Source of the DNA: Oscillibacter sp.
GTDB taxonomy: Bacteria > Bacillota > Clostridia > Oscillospirales > Oscillospiraceae
Length of the DNA stretch: 60,336 nt
Direction of reading: 5' to 3'
Assembly: GCA_003522105.1 (NCBI GenBank)
Contig: DPGF01000072.1
Span: 1-60,336 of the forward strand
The position numbers and the translations under genes are program-made. Positions within the stretch are counted from its first letter, which is position 1. Each line of letters begins with the position of its first letter. The notes under the pieces were generated by a model. It was not told where the DNA came from. It did no database searches and saw only the letters and a list, made by a program, of their open reading frames with translations. Below are positions 17,238-26,651 of this stretch, one piece after another.

Positions 17238-18236
17238 ATGGCTTTATTTGAAAATTACGAGAGAAGAATCGACAAGATCAACGGCGTCCTCGCTCAGTAC
17301 GGTATTTCCTCCGTCGAGGAGTGCCGCGAGATCTGCAAGGCCAAGGGCTTTGACCCGTATGAGATTGTCAAGGGCATTCAGCCCATCTGCTTTGAAAACG
17401 CCTGCTTGGCGTACACCGTCGGCGCGGCCATCGCGCTCAAGTCCGGCGTGAAGTCCGCTGCCGAGGCTGCCAAGCTCATCGGCGTGGGTCTTCAGTCCTT
17501 CTGCATCGACGGCTCCGTTGCCGAAGACCGCAAGGTCGGCCTCGGCCACGGCAACCTCGGTGCGATGCTGCTGTCCGACGAGTCGAAGTGCTTTGCCTTC
17601 CTCGCCGGTCATGAGTCCTTCGCCGCCGCAGAAGGTGCGATCGGCATCGTCAAGAATGCCAACAAGGCCCGCAAAGAGCCGCTGCGCGTCATTCTGAACG
17701 GCCTCGGCAAGGACGCTGCTCAGATCATCTCCCGCATCAACGGCTTCACCTATGTCCAGACCCAGTTCGATTACTACACCAGCAAGCTGAACATCGTGCG
17801 CGAGATCCGTTACAGCGAGGGTGAGCGCGCCAACGTACGCTGCTACGGCGCAGACGATGTGCGCGAGGGCGTGGCCATCATGCACTTTGAGGGTGTTGAT
17901 GTGTCCATCACCGGCAACTCCACCAACCCGACCCGCTTCCAGCACCCCGTCGCCGGCACCTACAAGAAAGAGTGCATCGAGCAGGGCAAGAAGTACTTCT
18001 CCGTCGCCTCCGGCGGCGGCACGGGCCGCACCCTGCACCCGGACAACATGGCTGCCGGCCCCGCCTCCTACGGCATGACCGACACCATGGGCCGTATGCA
18101 CTCCGACGCCCAGTTCGCCGGTTCCTCCTCCGTGCCCGCGCACGTGGAGATGATGGGCTTCCTCGGCATGGGCAACAACCCCATGGTCGGCGCGACCGTT
18201 GCGGTCGCCGTCGCCGTCGCGGAGAGCCTCAAGTAA
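17238..18236 (+). CDS. GGGtGRT protein (function unknown)
   Basis: SVASGGGTGRTLHPDN signature plus AFLAGHESFAAAEG. Confidence 0.9.
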   Translation: MALFENYERRIDKINGVLAQYGISSVEECREICKAKGFDPYEIVKGIQPICFENACLAYTVGAAIALKSGVKSAAEAAKLIGVGLQSFCIDGSVAEDRKVGLGHGNLGAMLLSDESKCFAFLAGHESFAAAEGAIGIVKNANKARKEPLRVILNGLGKDAAQIISRINGFTYVQTQFDYYTSKLNIVREIRYSEGERANVRCYGADDVREGVAIMHFEGVDVSITGNSTNPTRFQHPVAGTYKKECIEQGKKYFSVASGGGTGRTLHPDNMAAGPASYGMTDTMGRMHSDAQFAGSSSVPAHVEMMGFLGMGNNPMVGATVAVAVAVAESLK

Positions 18237-18302
18237 GAGGGGAAAACCCTCCGGGTTCCCGCTTCATAAGCTCCAAAGCCTGATTTTTGACCAAATAAAA
18301 GC

Positions 18303-18346
18303 AGGAAGCACGTCTTCCGCACGAAAATGCGGAAGATGTGCTTCCT
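18303..18346. terminator. Hairpin terminator between GGGtGRT and trpB
   Basis: AGGAAGCACGTCTTCCGCA / TGCGGAAGATGTGCTTCCT inverted repeat. Confidence 0.65.
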
Positions 18347-18433
18347 GTCTTTTCATATTTTTCAACCGTCAGCCGATTTCTCAGGTTTCTTATGCTTCGC
18401 TTTCGCGCAGATTGCCATAGCAGCTTCGCTGTT

Positions 18434-19654
18434 TTATCGGATACCGTACTTCTCGATGATGTAATCCATATCCTTATCGCCTCTGCCGGAGAGGTTGATG
18501 AGCACCGAACCCTTGCCCATCGTCTTTGCGAGCTTCATGCCGTAGGCAACCGCGTGGGAGCTTTCGATCGCGGGGATGATGCCCTCCATTCTGGAAAGCT
18601 CGAAGAAAGCGTCGAGCGTCTCATCGTCGTTCACAACGTCATACTTCACTCTGCCGATGTCGTGCAGGAAAGCGTGCTCGGGGCCGCTGGACGGGTAATC
18701 GAGGCCGCTTGCCACGGAATAAACGGGAGCCGGATTGCCGTTTTCGTCCTTGAGCATGATGCTCTTGAAGCCGTGCATGATGCCCTCCTCGCCGTAGGTG
18801 AGGCTGGCAGCATGATCGCCAAGCTTGGTGCCCCGGCCGAGCGGCTCAACGCCGTAGAGATCGACGGGATCGTTCAGGAATCCGGAGAACAGGCCCATGG
18901 CGTTGGAGCCGCCGCCCACGCAGGCGACGACCGCATCGGGAAGCTCGCCCGTCATATCGAGGAACTGCTCTCTTGCCTCAATGCCCACAACGCTCTGGAA
19001 ATCGCGCACCATCATCGGGAAGGGATGGGGGCCGACAACGGAACCGATGCAGTAGATGGCGTCCTTGTACTCGTTGCAGTAGGCTGCGAAGGCCGCGTCG
19101 ACCGCTTCCTTCAGCGTTTGCAGCCCGTCCGTGACCTCGATCACTCTTGCGCCGAGGATCTTCATTCTCGCCACGTTCGGGGCCTGCTTTTTGACGTCCA
19201 CCGCGCCCATATAGATGTCGCAGTCCAGGCCAAAGTAAGCGGCGGCGGTCGCCAGCGCAACGCCATGCTGACCTGCGCCGGTCTCGGCGATGACCTTCTT
19301 CTTGCCCATGTACTTCGCAAGAAGCACCTCGCCCATGCAGTGGTTGAGTTTGTGCGCGCCGGTGTGGTTCAGATCCTCGCGCTTGACATAGAGCTGAACG
19401 CCCGTACCGATCTTGTCGGAGAGTCTTGCAAGGTGGGAGATCGGCGTGGGTCTGCCCTGAAACTCCTTGCGGATGCGGCGAAGCTCACTGATGAACTTGC
19501 GGGATTTGCAGATGGTCTGGTAGGCTTCGCTGATCTCGTTCATGGCGGTTTGCAGCTCGGGCGGGATATAGGAGCCGCCATAGTTGCCGAAATAGCCCTC
19601 GGCGTCGGGATAGTTCTTGAAATAGGTATCAAAATCAACATTGTTAAACTTCAT
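18434..19654 (-). CDS. trpB: Tryptophan synthase beta chain (stand-alone)
   Basis: [14 protein letters not shown] (PLP lysine), [21 protein letters not shown] and NLSGRGDKD motifs. Confidence 0.96.
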   Translation of the reverse strand: MKFNNVDFDTYFKNYPDAEGYFGNYGGSYIPPELQTAMNEISEAYQTICKSRKFISELRRIRKEFQGRPTPISHLARLSDKIGTGVQLYVKREDLNHTGAHKLNHCMGEVLLAKYMGKKKVIAETGAGQHGVALATAAAYFGLDCDIYMGAVDVKKQAPNVARMKILGARVIEVTDGLQTLKEAVDAAFAAYCNEYKDAIYCIGSVVGPHPFPMMVRDFQSVVGIEAREQFLDMTGELPDAVVACVGGGSNAMGLFSGFLNDPVDLYGVEPLGRGTKLGDHAASLTYGEEGIMHGFKSIMLKDENGNPAPVYSVASGLDYPSSGPEHAFLHDIGRVKYDVVNDDETLDAFFELSRMEGIIPAIESSHAVAYGMKLAKTMGKGSVLINLSGRGDKDMDYIIEKYGIR

Positions 19655-19679
19655 TTGACGTTCCTCCGGTCAATTTAAT

Positions 19680-19769
19680 TTAGATTTTGGTTGGGGTGTC
19701 GGTCACGATCATACTCTGATTGTTTTCATCTATCTGGCGTGCGGAACGCCGCCATCGCTGCATCTTCAT
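19680..19769 (-). CDS. Putative 29-aa small ORF MKMQRWRRSARQIDENNQSMIVTDTPTKI
   Basis: AAGGAGG RBS 8 nt before the ATG, located between the T-box terminators and trpB. Confidence 0.35.
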   Translation of the reverse strand: MKMQRWRRSARQIDENNQSMIVTDTPTKI

Positions 19770-19793
19770 GAGATCGACCTCCTTGTAAAACAG

Positions 19794-19833
19794 GAAAAAG
19801 CTCCCTTGACTTATTTCATGTCAAAGGAGCTTT
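19794..19833 (-). terminator. Second terminator in the trpB leader
   Basis: Minus strand AAAGCTCCTTTGAC...GTCAAGGGAGCTTTTT. Confidence 0.65.
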
Positions 19834-19842
19834 GATCAAAGC

Positions 19843-20125
19843 AAAAACGCCCTTGACAAAACAATACACTCTGTCAAGGACGAATAGGAACAACACTATC
19901 CGCGGTGCCACCTTGATTCACGGTGCGACCCGTGCGCTTTGCAGGATACCAACATATCCCGGCAACTGACGTATGCCAACACGTTGCAGAATACTCTGGG
20001 AAAGGCCCCATTTGACTGCACCCTCAGCGGCCCATTTGGCAACGTGTTTCTTGCCTGATTTTCAGCACCACAGGCTCTCTGTAAAGGCATCGCTGCCGTT
20101 ATCTCCGCTTCAACGGTTTGAAAGA
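19843..20125 (-). ncRNA. T-box riboswitch with Trp specifier
   Basis: Minus strand AGAGA and GCTGAA stem I motifs, specifier loop AAA-TGG-G, T-box AAGGTGGCACCGCG, and terminator CGTCCTTGACA...TGTCAAGGGCGTTTTT. Confidence 0.9.
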
Positions 20126-20139
20126 TTAAATTGGTTCAC

Positions 20140-20167
20140 ATTATAGCGCATCTTTTTTGTTTGTCAA
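20140..20167 (-). promoter_or_regulatory. Sigma-A promoter of the T-box/trpB transcript
   Basis: TTGACA, 16-bp spacer, TATAAT. Confidence 0.75.
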
Positions 20168-20258
20168 TAGGGCTTTGCGCAATATTATGATATTTCGTTC
20201 CGCATTCTGCGCCCTGCGGTATCCGCGGCAGTGGAGGCGAAACGGCATCAGAGTCAAG

Positions 20259-20296
20259 AAAAGCCCCGGAAAACCGATGGTTTTCCGGGGCTTTTG
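20259..20296 (-). terminator. rplM-rpsI terminator
   Basis: AAAAGCCCCGGAAAACC / GGTTTTCCGGGGCTTTT. Confidence 0.8.
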
Positions 20297-20336
20297 AGCG
20301 ATTCGATTGAAAAATCCGTTCTCGAAACGAAGTGGC

Positions 20337-20741
20337 TTAGCGCTTAGAGAACTGGGGTGCGCGACGAGCAGCCTTGAGGCCGTATTTCTTGCGCTCCTTC
20401 ATACGAGGATCGCGGGTCAGGAAACCGGCCTTCTTCAGGACGGTGCGGTACTCGGGGTTGACCAGCAGCAGAGCGCGGGCAACGCCGTGGCGCAGAGCGC
20501 CGGCCTGACCGGAAACGCCGCCGCCTTCAACGGTGGCAACAATGTCGACCTTGCCGAGTTCCTCGGTAGCGGCCAGGGGCTGACGGACGACCATCTTCAG
20601 GGTCTCGAGGCCGAAATACTCGTCGATGTCGCGGCCGTTGATGGTGATGGCGCCGGTGCCGTTCTGGAAGAGGTGAACGCGGGCGACGGAGGACTTTCTA
20701 CGGCCGGTGCCGTACAGATAAGGCTTCTTGGACTGATACAT
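20337..20741 (-). CDS. rpsI: 30S ribosomal protein S9
   Basis: [12 protein letters not shown]...[19 protein letters not shown]. Confidence 0.98.
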   Translation of the reverse strand: MYQSKKPYLYGTGRRKSSVARVHLFQNGTGAITINGRDIDEYFGLETLKMVVRQPLAATEELGKVDIVATVEGGGVSGQAGALRHGVARALLLVNPEYRTVLKKAGFLTRDPRMKERKKYGLKAARRAPQFSKR

Positions 20742-20755
20742 TCTTCTCTTCCTCC

Positions 20756-21184
20756 TTAGACTTCGTAAGCTTCGGGCTTCTGAGCCTGCTGCTCGTGGGT
20801 ATCACCAGCATAGATGTGCAGACGCTTCAGGGAGTCCTTGGTCACGGTGTTGCGGGGCATCATGCCACGCACAGCCACGCGCATTGCGAGCTCGGGCTTC
20901 TCCTCCATGAGGATGCGGTACTTGGTCTCCTTCAGGCCGCCGACCCAACCGGAGTGCGTACGATAGTACTTCTGCTCCATCTTGTTGCCGGTGAGGATAG
21001 CCTTGGAAGCGTTGATGATGATGACGTTGTCGCCGCAGTCGGCGTGCGGGGTATAGGTGACTTTGCGCTTGCCGCGGAGCAGATCAGCCGCAGCAACGGC
21101 GGTCTTGCCCATGGGCTTGCCGGCAGCATCGATGACGTACCACTTACGCTCGATGTTGCCCTTGTTCGCCATAAAAGTGGACAT
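20756..21184 (-). CDS. rplM: 50S ribosomal protein L13
   Basis: [32 protein letters not shown] and AVRGMMP motifs. Confidence 0.98.
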   Translation of the reverse strand: MSTFMANKGNIERKWYVIDAAGKPMGKTAVAAADLLRGKRKVTYTPHADCGDNVIIINASKAILTGNKMEQKYYRTHSGWVGGLKETKYRILMEEKPELAMRVAVRGMMPRNTVTKDSLKRLHIYAGDTHEQQAQKPEAYEV

Positions 21185-21218
21185 GGTGTGTTTCCTCCAT
21201 TTGATCTATGAATGAAAG

Positions 21219-21296
21219 CTCGTGCTTTACATTTTCTTTGTCCCTTGGTAAAATCGGAACGAGTCTATTTATAGCATTCCCGCGCAGAAATGTCAA
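21219..21296 (-). promoter_or_regulatory. rplM promoter and possible autoregulatory leader hairpin
   Basis: TTGACA, 17-bp spacer ending in TG-n, TATAAA; the leader pairs CTCGT..TTTAC with GTAAA..ACGAG (21263-21219). Confidence 0.5.
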
Positions 21297-21412
21297 CACC
21301 ATTTTAATTTAGCGCAGGCAATACTCGCAAATGCTTCGTTTTTCTCCAATTATCTCTTGAATTCTAAAATCACAAAATCAAATTCTTTTGTTTTTCTCAA
21401 GGAGTTACACCT

Positions 21413-22141
21413 ATGCAGGAAATTTTAGGGCTTGTACGCCGCTGCGTCACGGACTATGACATGATCGAATCCGGCGAGACCGTTGCCGTCGGCGTTTCCG
21501 GCGGCAAGGACTCGCTCGTCACGCTCACCGCGCTCGCACGCCTTTCCAAATTCTACCAGAAGCCTTTCCGCGTCGCCGCCATCACGGTCGAAACGGGCGT
21601 GCCGGGCATGAACTTTGACGCGGTCGCCGACTACTGTGAAACGCTCGGCGTAGCGTATATCCGCGTGAATGTGCCGATCTACGAGGTCGTCTTTCTGGAG
21701 CGCAAGGAGAAAAATCCCTGCTCACTGTGCGCAAAGCTCCGCCGCGGCGCGCTCTCCACGGCGATGAACGAGCACGGCATCAAGAAGATCGCGCTCGGTC
21801 ACCACTATGACGACGCAGTGGAAACGCTTTTGATGAATCTTCTCTTCGAAGGGCGCATCGGCTGCTTCCAGCCCGTTACTTACCTCAGCCGCACGGACGT
21901 GACCCAGATCCGCCCGCTGCTCTATGTCAAAGAGCAGCAGGTGCGCAGCGCCGCCGCCAAGCTGGATCTTCCCATCGTACACAACCCCTGCCCTGCCAAC
22001 GGCGAAACACGCCGGCAGGAGGTCAAGGAACTGATCGAGTCGCTCTCGATGCGCTACCCTGACCTCAAGCAGAAGCTCTTCGGCGCGATGCAGCGCTATC
22101 CGCTCTACGGCTGGGGAACCGGCGACGAGCGCGAAATGTAA
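21413..22141 (+). CDS. ttcA: tRNA 2-thiocytidine biosynthesis TtcA family protein
   Basis: PP-loop SGGKDS, CSLCAKLRRG, GHHYDD, IRPL and NPCP motifs. Confidence 0.85.
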   Translation: MQEILGLVRRCVTDYDMIESGETVAVGVSGGKDSLVTLTALARLSKFYQKPFRVAAITVETGVPGMNFDAVADYCETLGVAYIRVNVPIYEVVFLERKEKNPCSLCAKLRRGALSTAMNEHGIKKIALGHHYDDAVETLLMNLLFEGRIGCFQPVTYLSRTDVTQIRPLLYVKEQQVRSAAAKLDLPIVHNPCPANGETRRQEVKELIESLSMRYPDLKQKLFGAMQRYPLYGWGTGDEREM

Positions 22142-22187
22142 AAATTGCCGCGTTCCTACGCGGCAATCACATATCAGAATATGTAGA

Positions 22188-22454
22188 CTAAATGAACACC
22201 AGTCGCAGCAAAATAAGCAGCGCCAGTCCCGGCACGCCAAGAATGGCGATCACAAGCGCGTTGAAGAGATTCAGCCCCAGTGAGAGCCTTGCCAGCACGC
22301 CCAACACGTTCAGCAGCCCCAAGAGGGCAAAGCCGAGCAGCGTGTTGACGAGCAGCTTGCCTGTGAGCTTCAGAGGCGCCGCAAACAGCTTGAGCAGCGC
22401 CAGCAGCGCAAACACGCCGAGCAGGACGAGCAGCACCTTTTCTGTTATTCCCAT
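22188..22454 (-). CDS. bofA: Pro-sigmaK processing inhibitor BofA family
   Basis: NTLLGF..L..LN and LN.FNALVIAILGVPG motifs; downstream of a yaaL-like gene. Confidence 0.85.
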   Translation of the reverse strand: MGITEKVLLVLLGVFALLALLKLFAAPLKLTGKLLVNTLLGFALLGLLNVLGVLARLSLGLNLFNALVIAILGVPGLALLILLRLVFI

Positions 22455-22711
22455 TTCACCGCCCCCTCGCTGCACGTTTTGCACACAGCTCTGCCGCCGC
22501 GTTCCTTGATCTGCCGCAGCAGATAATCATAACGCGAAAGCTCGGCGTTGATCTCATATACGCAGGCGTCGACCAGCTCCGGCTCGCAGACCGCGTTGAA
22601 GCGGGCATACGCCTGCGAGAGCGCCACGCGTGTGTCGCTCAGCTCGCTGAACAAGTCCTGCATGGATGCGTCGCGCGCGATGTCGCAACGCAGCAAATTG
22701 ACCTTTCGCAT
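22445..22711 (-). CDS. YaaL/DUF2508 family protein
   Basis: AYARFN...EPELVDACVYEINA...RYDYLL..IK motif; synteny with bofA. Confidence 0.8.
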   Translation of the reverse strand: MRKVNLLRCDIARDASMQDLFSELSDTRVALSQAYARFNAVCEPELVDACVYEINAELSRYDYLLRQIKERGGRAVCKTCSEGAVKWE

Positions 22712-22741
22712 TGTTCCGCCCTCCCATACCTTTGCAAAGTC

Positions 22742-22769
22742 AGTGTATGGAAAGTATGGACAAATATTC
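22742..22769 (-). promoter_or_regulatory. SigE-type promoter for yaaL-bofA
   Basis: Minus strand GAATA-N15-CATACACT. Confidence 0.55.
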
Positions 22770-22793
22770 CTCTTTTCAAACAAGGAGCCTGCC

Positions 22794-23237
22794 ATGGAGC
22801 ACGAAAACTATATGCGCGAAGCGCTTCTTCTTGCGCGGGAAGCCGCAGCGGAGGGCGAGGTGCCCGTCGGCTGCGTCATCGTCAAGGACGGTAAGATCAT
22901 CGGCCGCGGCCGCAACCGGCGCGAGGAAAAGCAGCGCACTTCTTCGCACGCAGAGATGGAGGCCATCGCGCAGGCAAACGAAGCGCTGAAGTCGTGGCGG
23001 CTCGACGGCTGCGCGCTCTATGTGACGCTTGAGCCCTGCCCCATGTGTGCGGGCGCGATCATTAACGCCCGTATTCCGCGCGTTTTCTACGGCGCGCGCG
23101 ATGAGGCGATGGGCACCTGTGGCGGCGTGCTGAACCTTTTTATGGAACGCTTCCCCTTCCGCCCCGCGCTCGTGGGCGGCATTCTCAAAGATGAGTGCCG
23201 GGCCGTGCTGGCAGATTTCTTCCGCACCCTGCGCTAA
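22794..23237 (+). CDS. tadA: tRNA adenosine(34) deaminase
   Basis: EVPVG, HAE and TLEPCPMCAGA motifs; AAGGAG RBS. Confidence 0.92.
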   Translation: MEHENYMREALLLAREAAAEGEVPVGCVIVKDGKIIGRGRNRREEKQRTSSHAEMEAIAQANEALKSWRLDGCALYVTLEPCPMCAGAIINARIPRVFYGARDEAMGTCGGVLNLFMERFPFRPALVGGILKDECRAVLADFFRTLR

Positions 23238-23365
23238 GCTTCGAAAGAAATCATTCATTTAATACTTTTGTAACACTTTTCCCCGAACTTTGTTAACATG
23301 CGTCCCTTATCTTAATACTTGCAAGAGACAATAGCTTCTTTTCATCCAATCTTCCATCTTATAAG

Positions 23366-23395
23366 AAAAGGGACGCCGTGAGGCGTCCTTTTTCG
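23366..23395. terminator. Bidirectional terminator
   Basis: AAAAGGGACGCC-GTGA-GGCGTCCTTTT. Confidence 0.7.
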
Positions 23396-23427
23396 TTTTC
23401 TTTCGACATTTCTGTGTCTCTGTGCCT

Positions 23428-24168
23428 TCACGGGTCAAAATCCGCCGCCGCACCGATGGCAAGTGCAATGCACGCGCCGCCTGCGTAAAAGAGGATCTCA
23501 GAAAGTGCCGGGCGCGCCGCCAGAGCCGCGGCACAGAGGATCACGCTCAGAGAGCTTGCGGGCATCAGCAGCCGCGGCGCACCGCCGCGGAAGGCAAAGG
23601 CAGCAAATTCGAGCAGCAGCACCGTCAGCGCTGCGAGCGCCAGCGTTTCGACATAATAGTGGCGCAGCACGGGGTCGGCCGCATGCTCGCGATAAAAGAG
23701 GATCAGCGCAAGCACCATCGCGCACACGGGCACGAGCAGCACAACGCCGGGGAACTCCGCCTTGCGCCGCAGCGCGGCCACGGCGTACAGCAGGCATGCC
23801 GCACCGACAGCCAGAAAGACTGAAAGCGCCATCGTGACGGTCGTGCGCAGGGAGAACACCATCGAGTACACCGCCGAGCCAATGAGCGCAAAGCAGCCGA
23901 GCACCGTCAGCATCACGGCAAGCGTGGAGCGGTCAAAGGCAAAGTATAAGTCCATGCCGCCGCACAGCTCGCGCTGCGCGGGGTAACGCCGCGCCATAAC
24001 GAGCACGATGACTGCCGCAACAATAAGCACCGCAGGCAGCGCCATGGTGTTCAGGTCCATCGGGACGGGCAGCCCGTTCGCATCAAAGCCCGCGGCGAGC
24101 AGACGGAGACGCGCAAACGCCGCTGCCGCAGAAAACAGCGCCAGCAAAAGCCAATGAAGAATTTTCAC
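23428..24168 (-). CDS. Hypothetical multi-pass membrane protein
   Basis: About 8-9 hydrophobic segments; GTG start with AAGGAAAGGG RBS. Confidence 0.7.
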   Translation of the reverse strand: MKILHWLLLALFSAAAAFARLRLLAAGFDANGLPVPMDLNTMALPAVLIVAAVIVLVMARRYPAQRELCGGMDLYFAFDRSTLAVMLTVLGCFALIGSAVYSMVFSLRTTVTMALSVFLAVGAACLLYAVAALRRKAEFPGVVLLVPVCAMVLALILFYREHAADPVLRHYYVETLALAALTVLLLEFAAFAFRGGAPRLLMPASSLSVILCAAALAARPALSEILFYAGGACIALAIGAAADFDP

Positions 24169-24265
24169 AAAACCGAACCCTTTCCTTTTCCGGAATACGG
24201 CGCACACGGCGCCGGAAAATATCTGTCCCATCATGATAGCACACTCATTCCCGTTTGTCCATGAA

Positions 24266-24294
24266 TCATTTCACGGACAAGTCTGTCATATAGT
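24266..24294 (+). promoter_or_regulatory. SigE-type promoter for spoIID
   Basis: TCATTT...CATATAGT with sigE-like spacing; spoIID is an established SigE-regulon gene. Confidence 0.55.
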
Positions 24295-24351
24295 GATAAA
24301 AAGCTCTCACCAGAGCAACTGCGGCAAACCGTCTGCAAGGAGGAACACATT

Positions 24352-25356
24352 TTGAAACAGCTCTTTCGCATTACGCTTCTGCTCATCGGCTTCATCTGGA
24401 TCCTCGCCTGGGCGGCGGCAGGCCGCTTCGATAGCGCCGCCGCTCCCACCGCCGACGGCGAATCCTCCGTTTCTTCCGGTGAACCGGCCGCCCCTGGCGA
24501 ACGCGACAGCGCAGATCTTCTGCGCGTTCTGATCCGGGGCGAGGTGCAGGAGATGGACATGGGCACGTATCTTCTCGGCGTGCTGCGCGCGGAAATGCCC
24601 GCCTCGTTTGAAGAAGAGGCGCTCAAGGCGCAGGCCATCGCCGCACGCACCTATACGCTCTACCGCATCCGCGGCGGCGGCAGCGCCAACCACCCCGATG
24701 CCGATGCCTGCGACGACCACACCTGCTGCAAGGCGTACTTAAGCGCCGAGCAGGCCGCGGCAAACTGGGGCAGCATGGCCGTCTACTACGAAGAAAAGCT
24801 TGCGCGCGCCGTGAGCGAAACGGACGGTGAGGTGATCCTCTATGACGGTGCACCGATCCTTGCCGTCTTTTTCTCCTCCGCCGACGGCAGCACGCAGGGT
24901 GCGGGCGACGTGTGGCTGAATGACCTTCCCTACCTCCAGAAAGTCTCAAGCCCCGAAACGGAAGAGCTTGTGCCGAACTACTACTCCGTTTCGACCTTTA
25001 CGGCGGCGGAATTCAAGTCTCTCTTCCTTGCCGCAAAGCCGGACGCCGATCTCTCCGGCAATCCAGATGGGTGGATCCGCGACATCGTGCGAAACGACTC
25101 GGACTATGTCGCCTCCGTCACGGTCGGCGGCATCAAGCTGCGCGGAAACGATCTGCGCACCATTCTCTCGCTGCGCTCGCCCTCGTTCACTGTGGCATAC
25201 AAGGACGGTTCCTTCACCTTCCACGTCACGGGCTACGGCCACGGCGTCGGCATGAGCCAGTACGGAGCGAATATTCTTGCCAAACAGGGGCTTTCCGCCG
25301 AAGAGATCGTGCAGCACTATTTCTCCAACACCACGGTCGGCTATTATGGCGTCTGA
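24352..25356 (+). CDS. spoIID: Stage II sporulation protein D
   Basis: AEMPASFEEEALKAQAIAARTY and GYGHGVGMSQYGAN motifs; TTG start with AAGGAGG RBS. Confidence 0.92.
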   Translation: MKQLFRITLLLIGFIWILAWAAAGRFDSAAAPTADGESSVSSGEPAAPGERDSADLLRVLIRGEVQEMDMGTYLLGVLRAEMPASFEEEALKAQAIAARTYTLYRIRGGGSANHPDADACDDHTCCKAYLSAEQAAANWGSMAVYYEEKLARAVSETDGEVILYDGAPILAVFFSSADGSTQGAGDVWLNDLPYLQKVSSPETEELVPNYYSVSTFTAAEFKSLFLAAKPDADLSGNPDGWIRDIVRNDSDYVASVTVGGIKLRGNDLRTILSLRSPSFTVAYKDGSFTFHVTGYGHGVGMSQYGANILAKQGLSAEEIVQHYFSNTTVGYYGV

Positions 25357-25429
25357 GCACTGCGCAGATATTGCAAAGCGGAGAAAAAATTGTTATAATG
25401 ACAAGATTCAATGACGGGAGGCGAAACGT

Positions 25430-26545
25430 ATGAAGGGAAAACGGTTTTTGTGTCTGCTGCTTGCAACGCTGCTGCTTTTTACGCTTGCGCCCGCCAAGAC
25501 GGAGGCTGAAACGACCGTATACTTTACCGCGGTCAATGATCAGCTCCTCCCGGATCTCAGCGACGGAACGATGCCCTTTTGGTCAGGCGGGCGGCTGTAT
25601 GTTCCCTACACAGCGATCGCCGGCACAGACCTGGGACTCTTCTATTCCCGCAGCCGCGACAAGAGCACCGCCGTTGTTTACCGGCAGGGCAGCGCGCTGA
25701 CCTTTGACTTTGCCGCCGGCACCGTCACCGACCAGAACGACCGCCAATACAGCGGAGCAGCCATCGTGCGCGGCGATGTGGTATTTTTGCCGCTTGACCT
25801 TTTAACGCAATTTTTCTCGCTTGATTACAGCTACACGCGCGTGACCTACGGATACCTTGTGCGTCTCAAGAGCGACACCGTCGTGCTCTCGGACGCAAAA
25901 TTCATCGATGCCGCCGCCATGTCCATGGAGCAGCGCTACAACGACTACATGAAAACGCACAATGGCTCCAATAGCGCAGATACTCCCCCGGATAGCGACA
26001 CGGACAATGACCGCAATCTTGTCTGCCTCACCCTGCGCGTAACGGACGAGAACGTTTCGAACGCGCTGCTTGACACGCTTGTCAAGGAAAACGCGAAAGC
26101 GACGTTCCTTTTCTCGGAAGAGCAGCTCTCCTCGCTCGGCGATCTGCTGCGCCGCATCGTTATCAGCGGCAGCGCCGCCGCGCTGTACATCGATGCCTCC
26201 GGCGGCAGCGCGCGCACGCTCAGCGCGATCGAGCGTGCAAACAATGCCCTCTGGACGGCATGCAACGAAAAAACACGGCTCGTCTACCTCTCCGACACAT
26301 CGGACGAAACGCTGCGCGCCGTGCGCAGGGCGGGCTACTGCCCCATCGTTTTCGATCTGGATTACCGTGCTGATCCGCCCGTCGCCGGCGACATTCTCCG
26401 CAAGGCCCGCTCCGGCGGCTGCATCGCCTATCTGGGCAGCGATGCCAACCTTCAGGAAAGCTGGAGCGCACTGCTCGCCCGCCTGTGTTCCTCTTCTCGG
26501 CCGGTCACTGCACTCAACGAGCTTTCCGCCGCAAAAGAAGCGTGA
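25430..26545 (+). CDS. Secreted protein with a degenerate polysaccharide-deacetylase-like C-terminal domain
   Basis: Signal peptide; LTL...LLDTL..ENAKATFLF...LLRRIV.SG pattern without the canonical TFDDG. Confidence 0.6.
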   Translation: MKGKRFLCLLLATLLLFTLAPAKTEAETTVYFTAVNDQLLPDLSDGTMPFWSGGRLYVPYTAIAGTDLGLFYSRSRDKSTAVVYRQGSALTFDFAAGTVTDQNDRQYSGAAIVRGDVVFLPLDLLTQFFSLDYSYTRVTYGYLVRLKSDTVVLSDAKFIDAAAMSMEQRYNDYMKTHNGSNSADTPPDSDTDNDRNLVCLTLRVTDENVSNALLDTLVKENAKATFLFSEEQLSSLGDLLRRIVISGSAAALYIDASGGSARTLSAIERANNALWTACNEKTRLVYLSDTSDETLRAVRRAGYCPIVFDLDYRADPPVAGDILRKARSGGCIAYLGSDANLQESWSALLARLCSSSRPVTALNELSAAKEA

Positions 26546-26651
26546 CGTTTTAACAGAATGTTCAGGAAAAAACCGCAGTTTCGCGTATAATAATGATACC
26601 AATGACCATCACAGAAGAAAGGCACACGGTTGTGTGAAAGGGGATAAGAGC

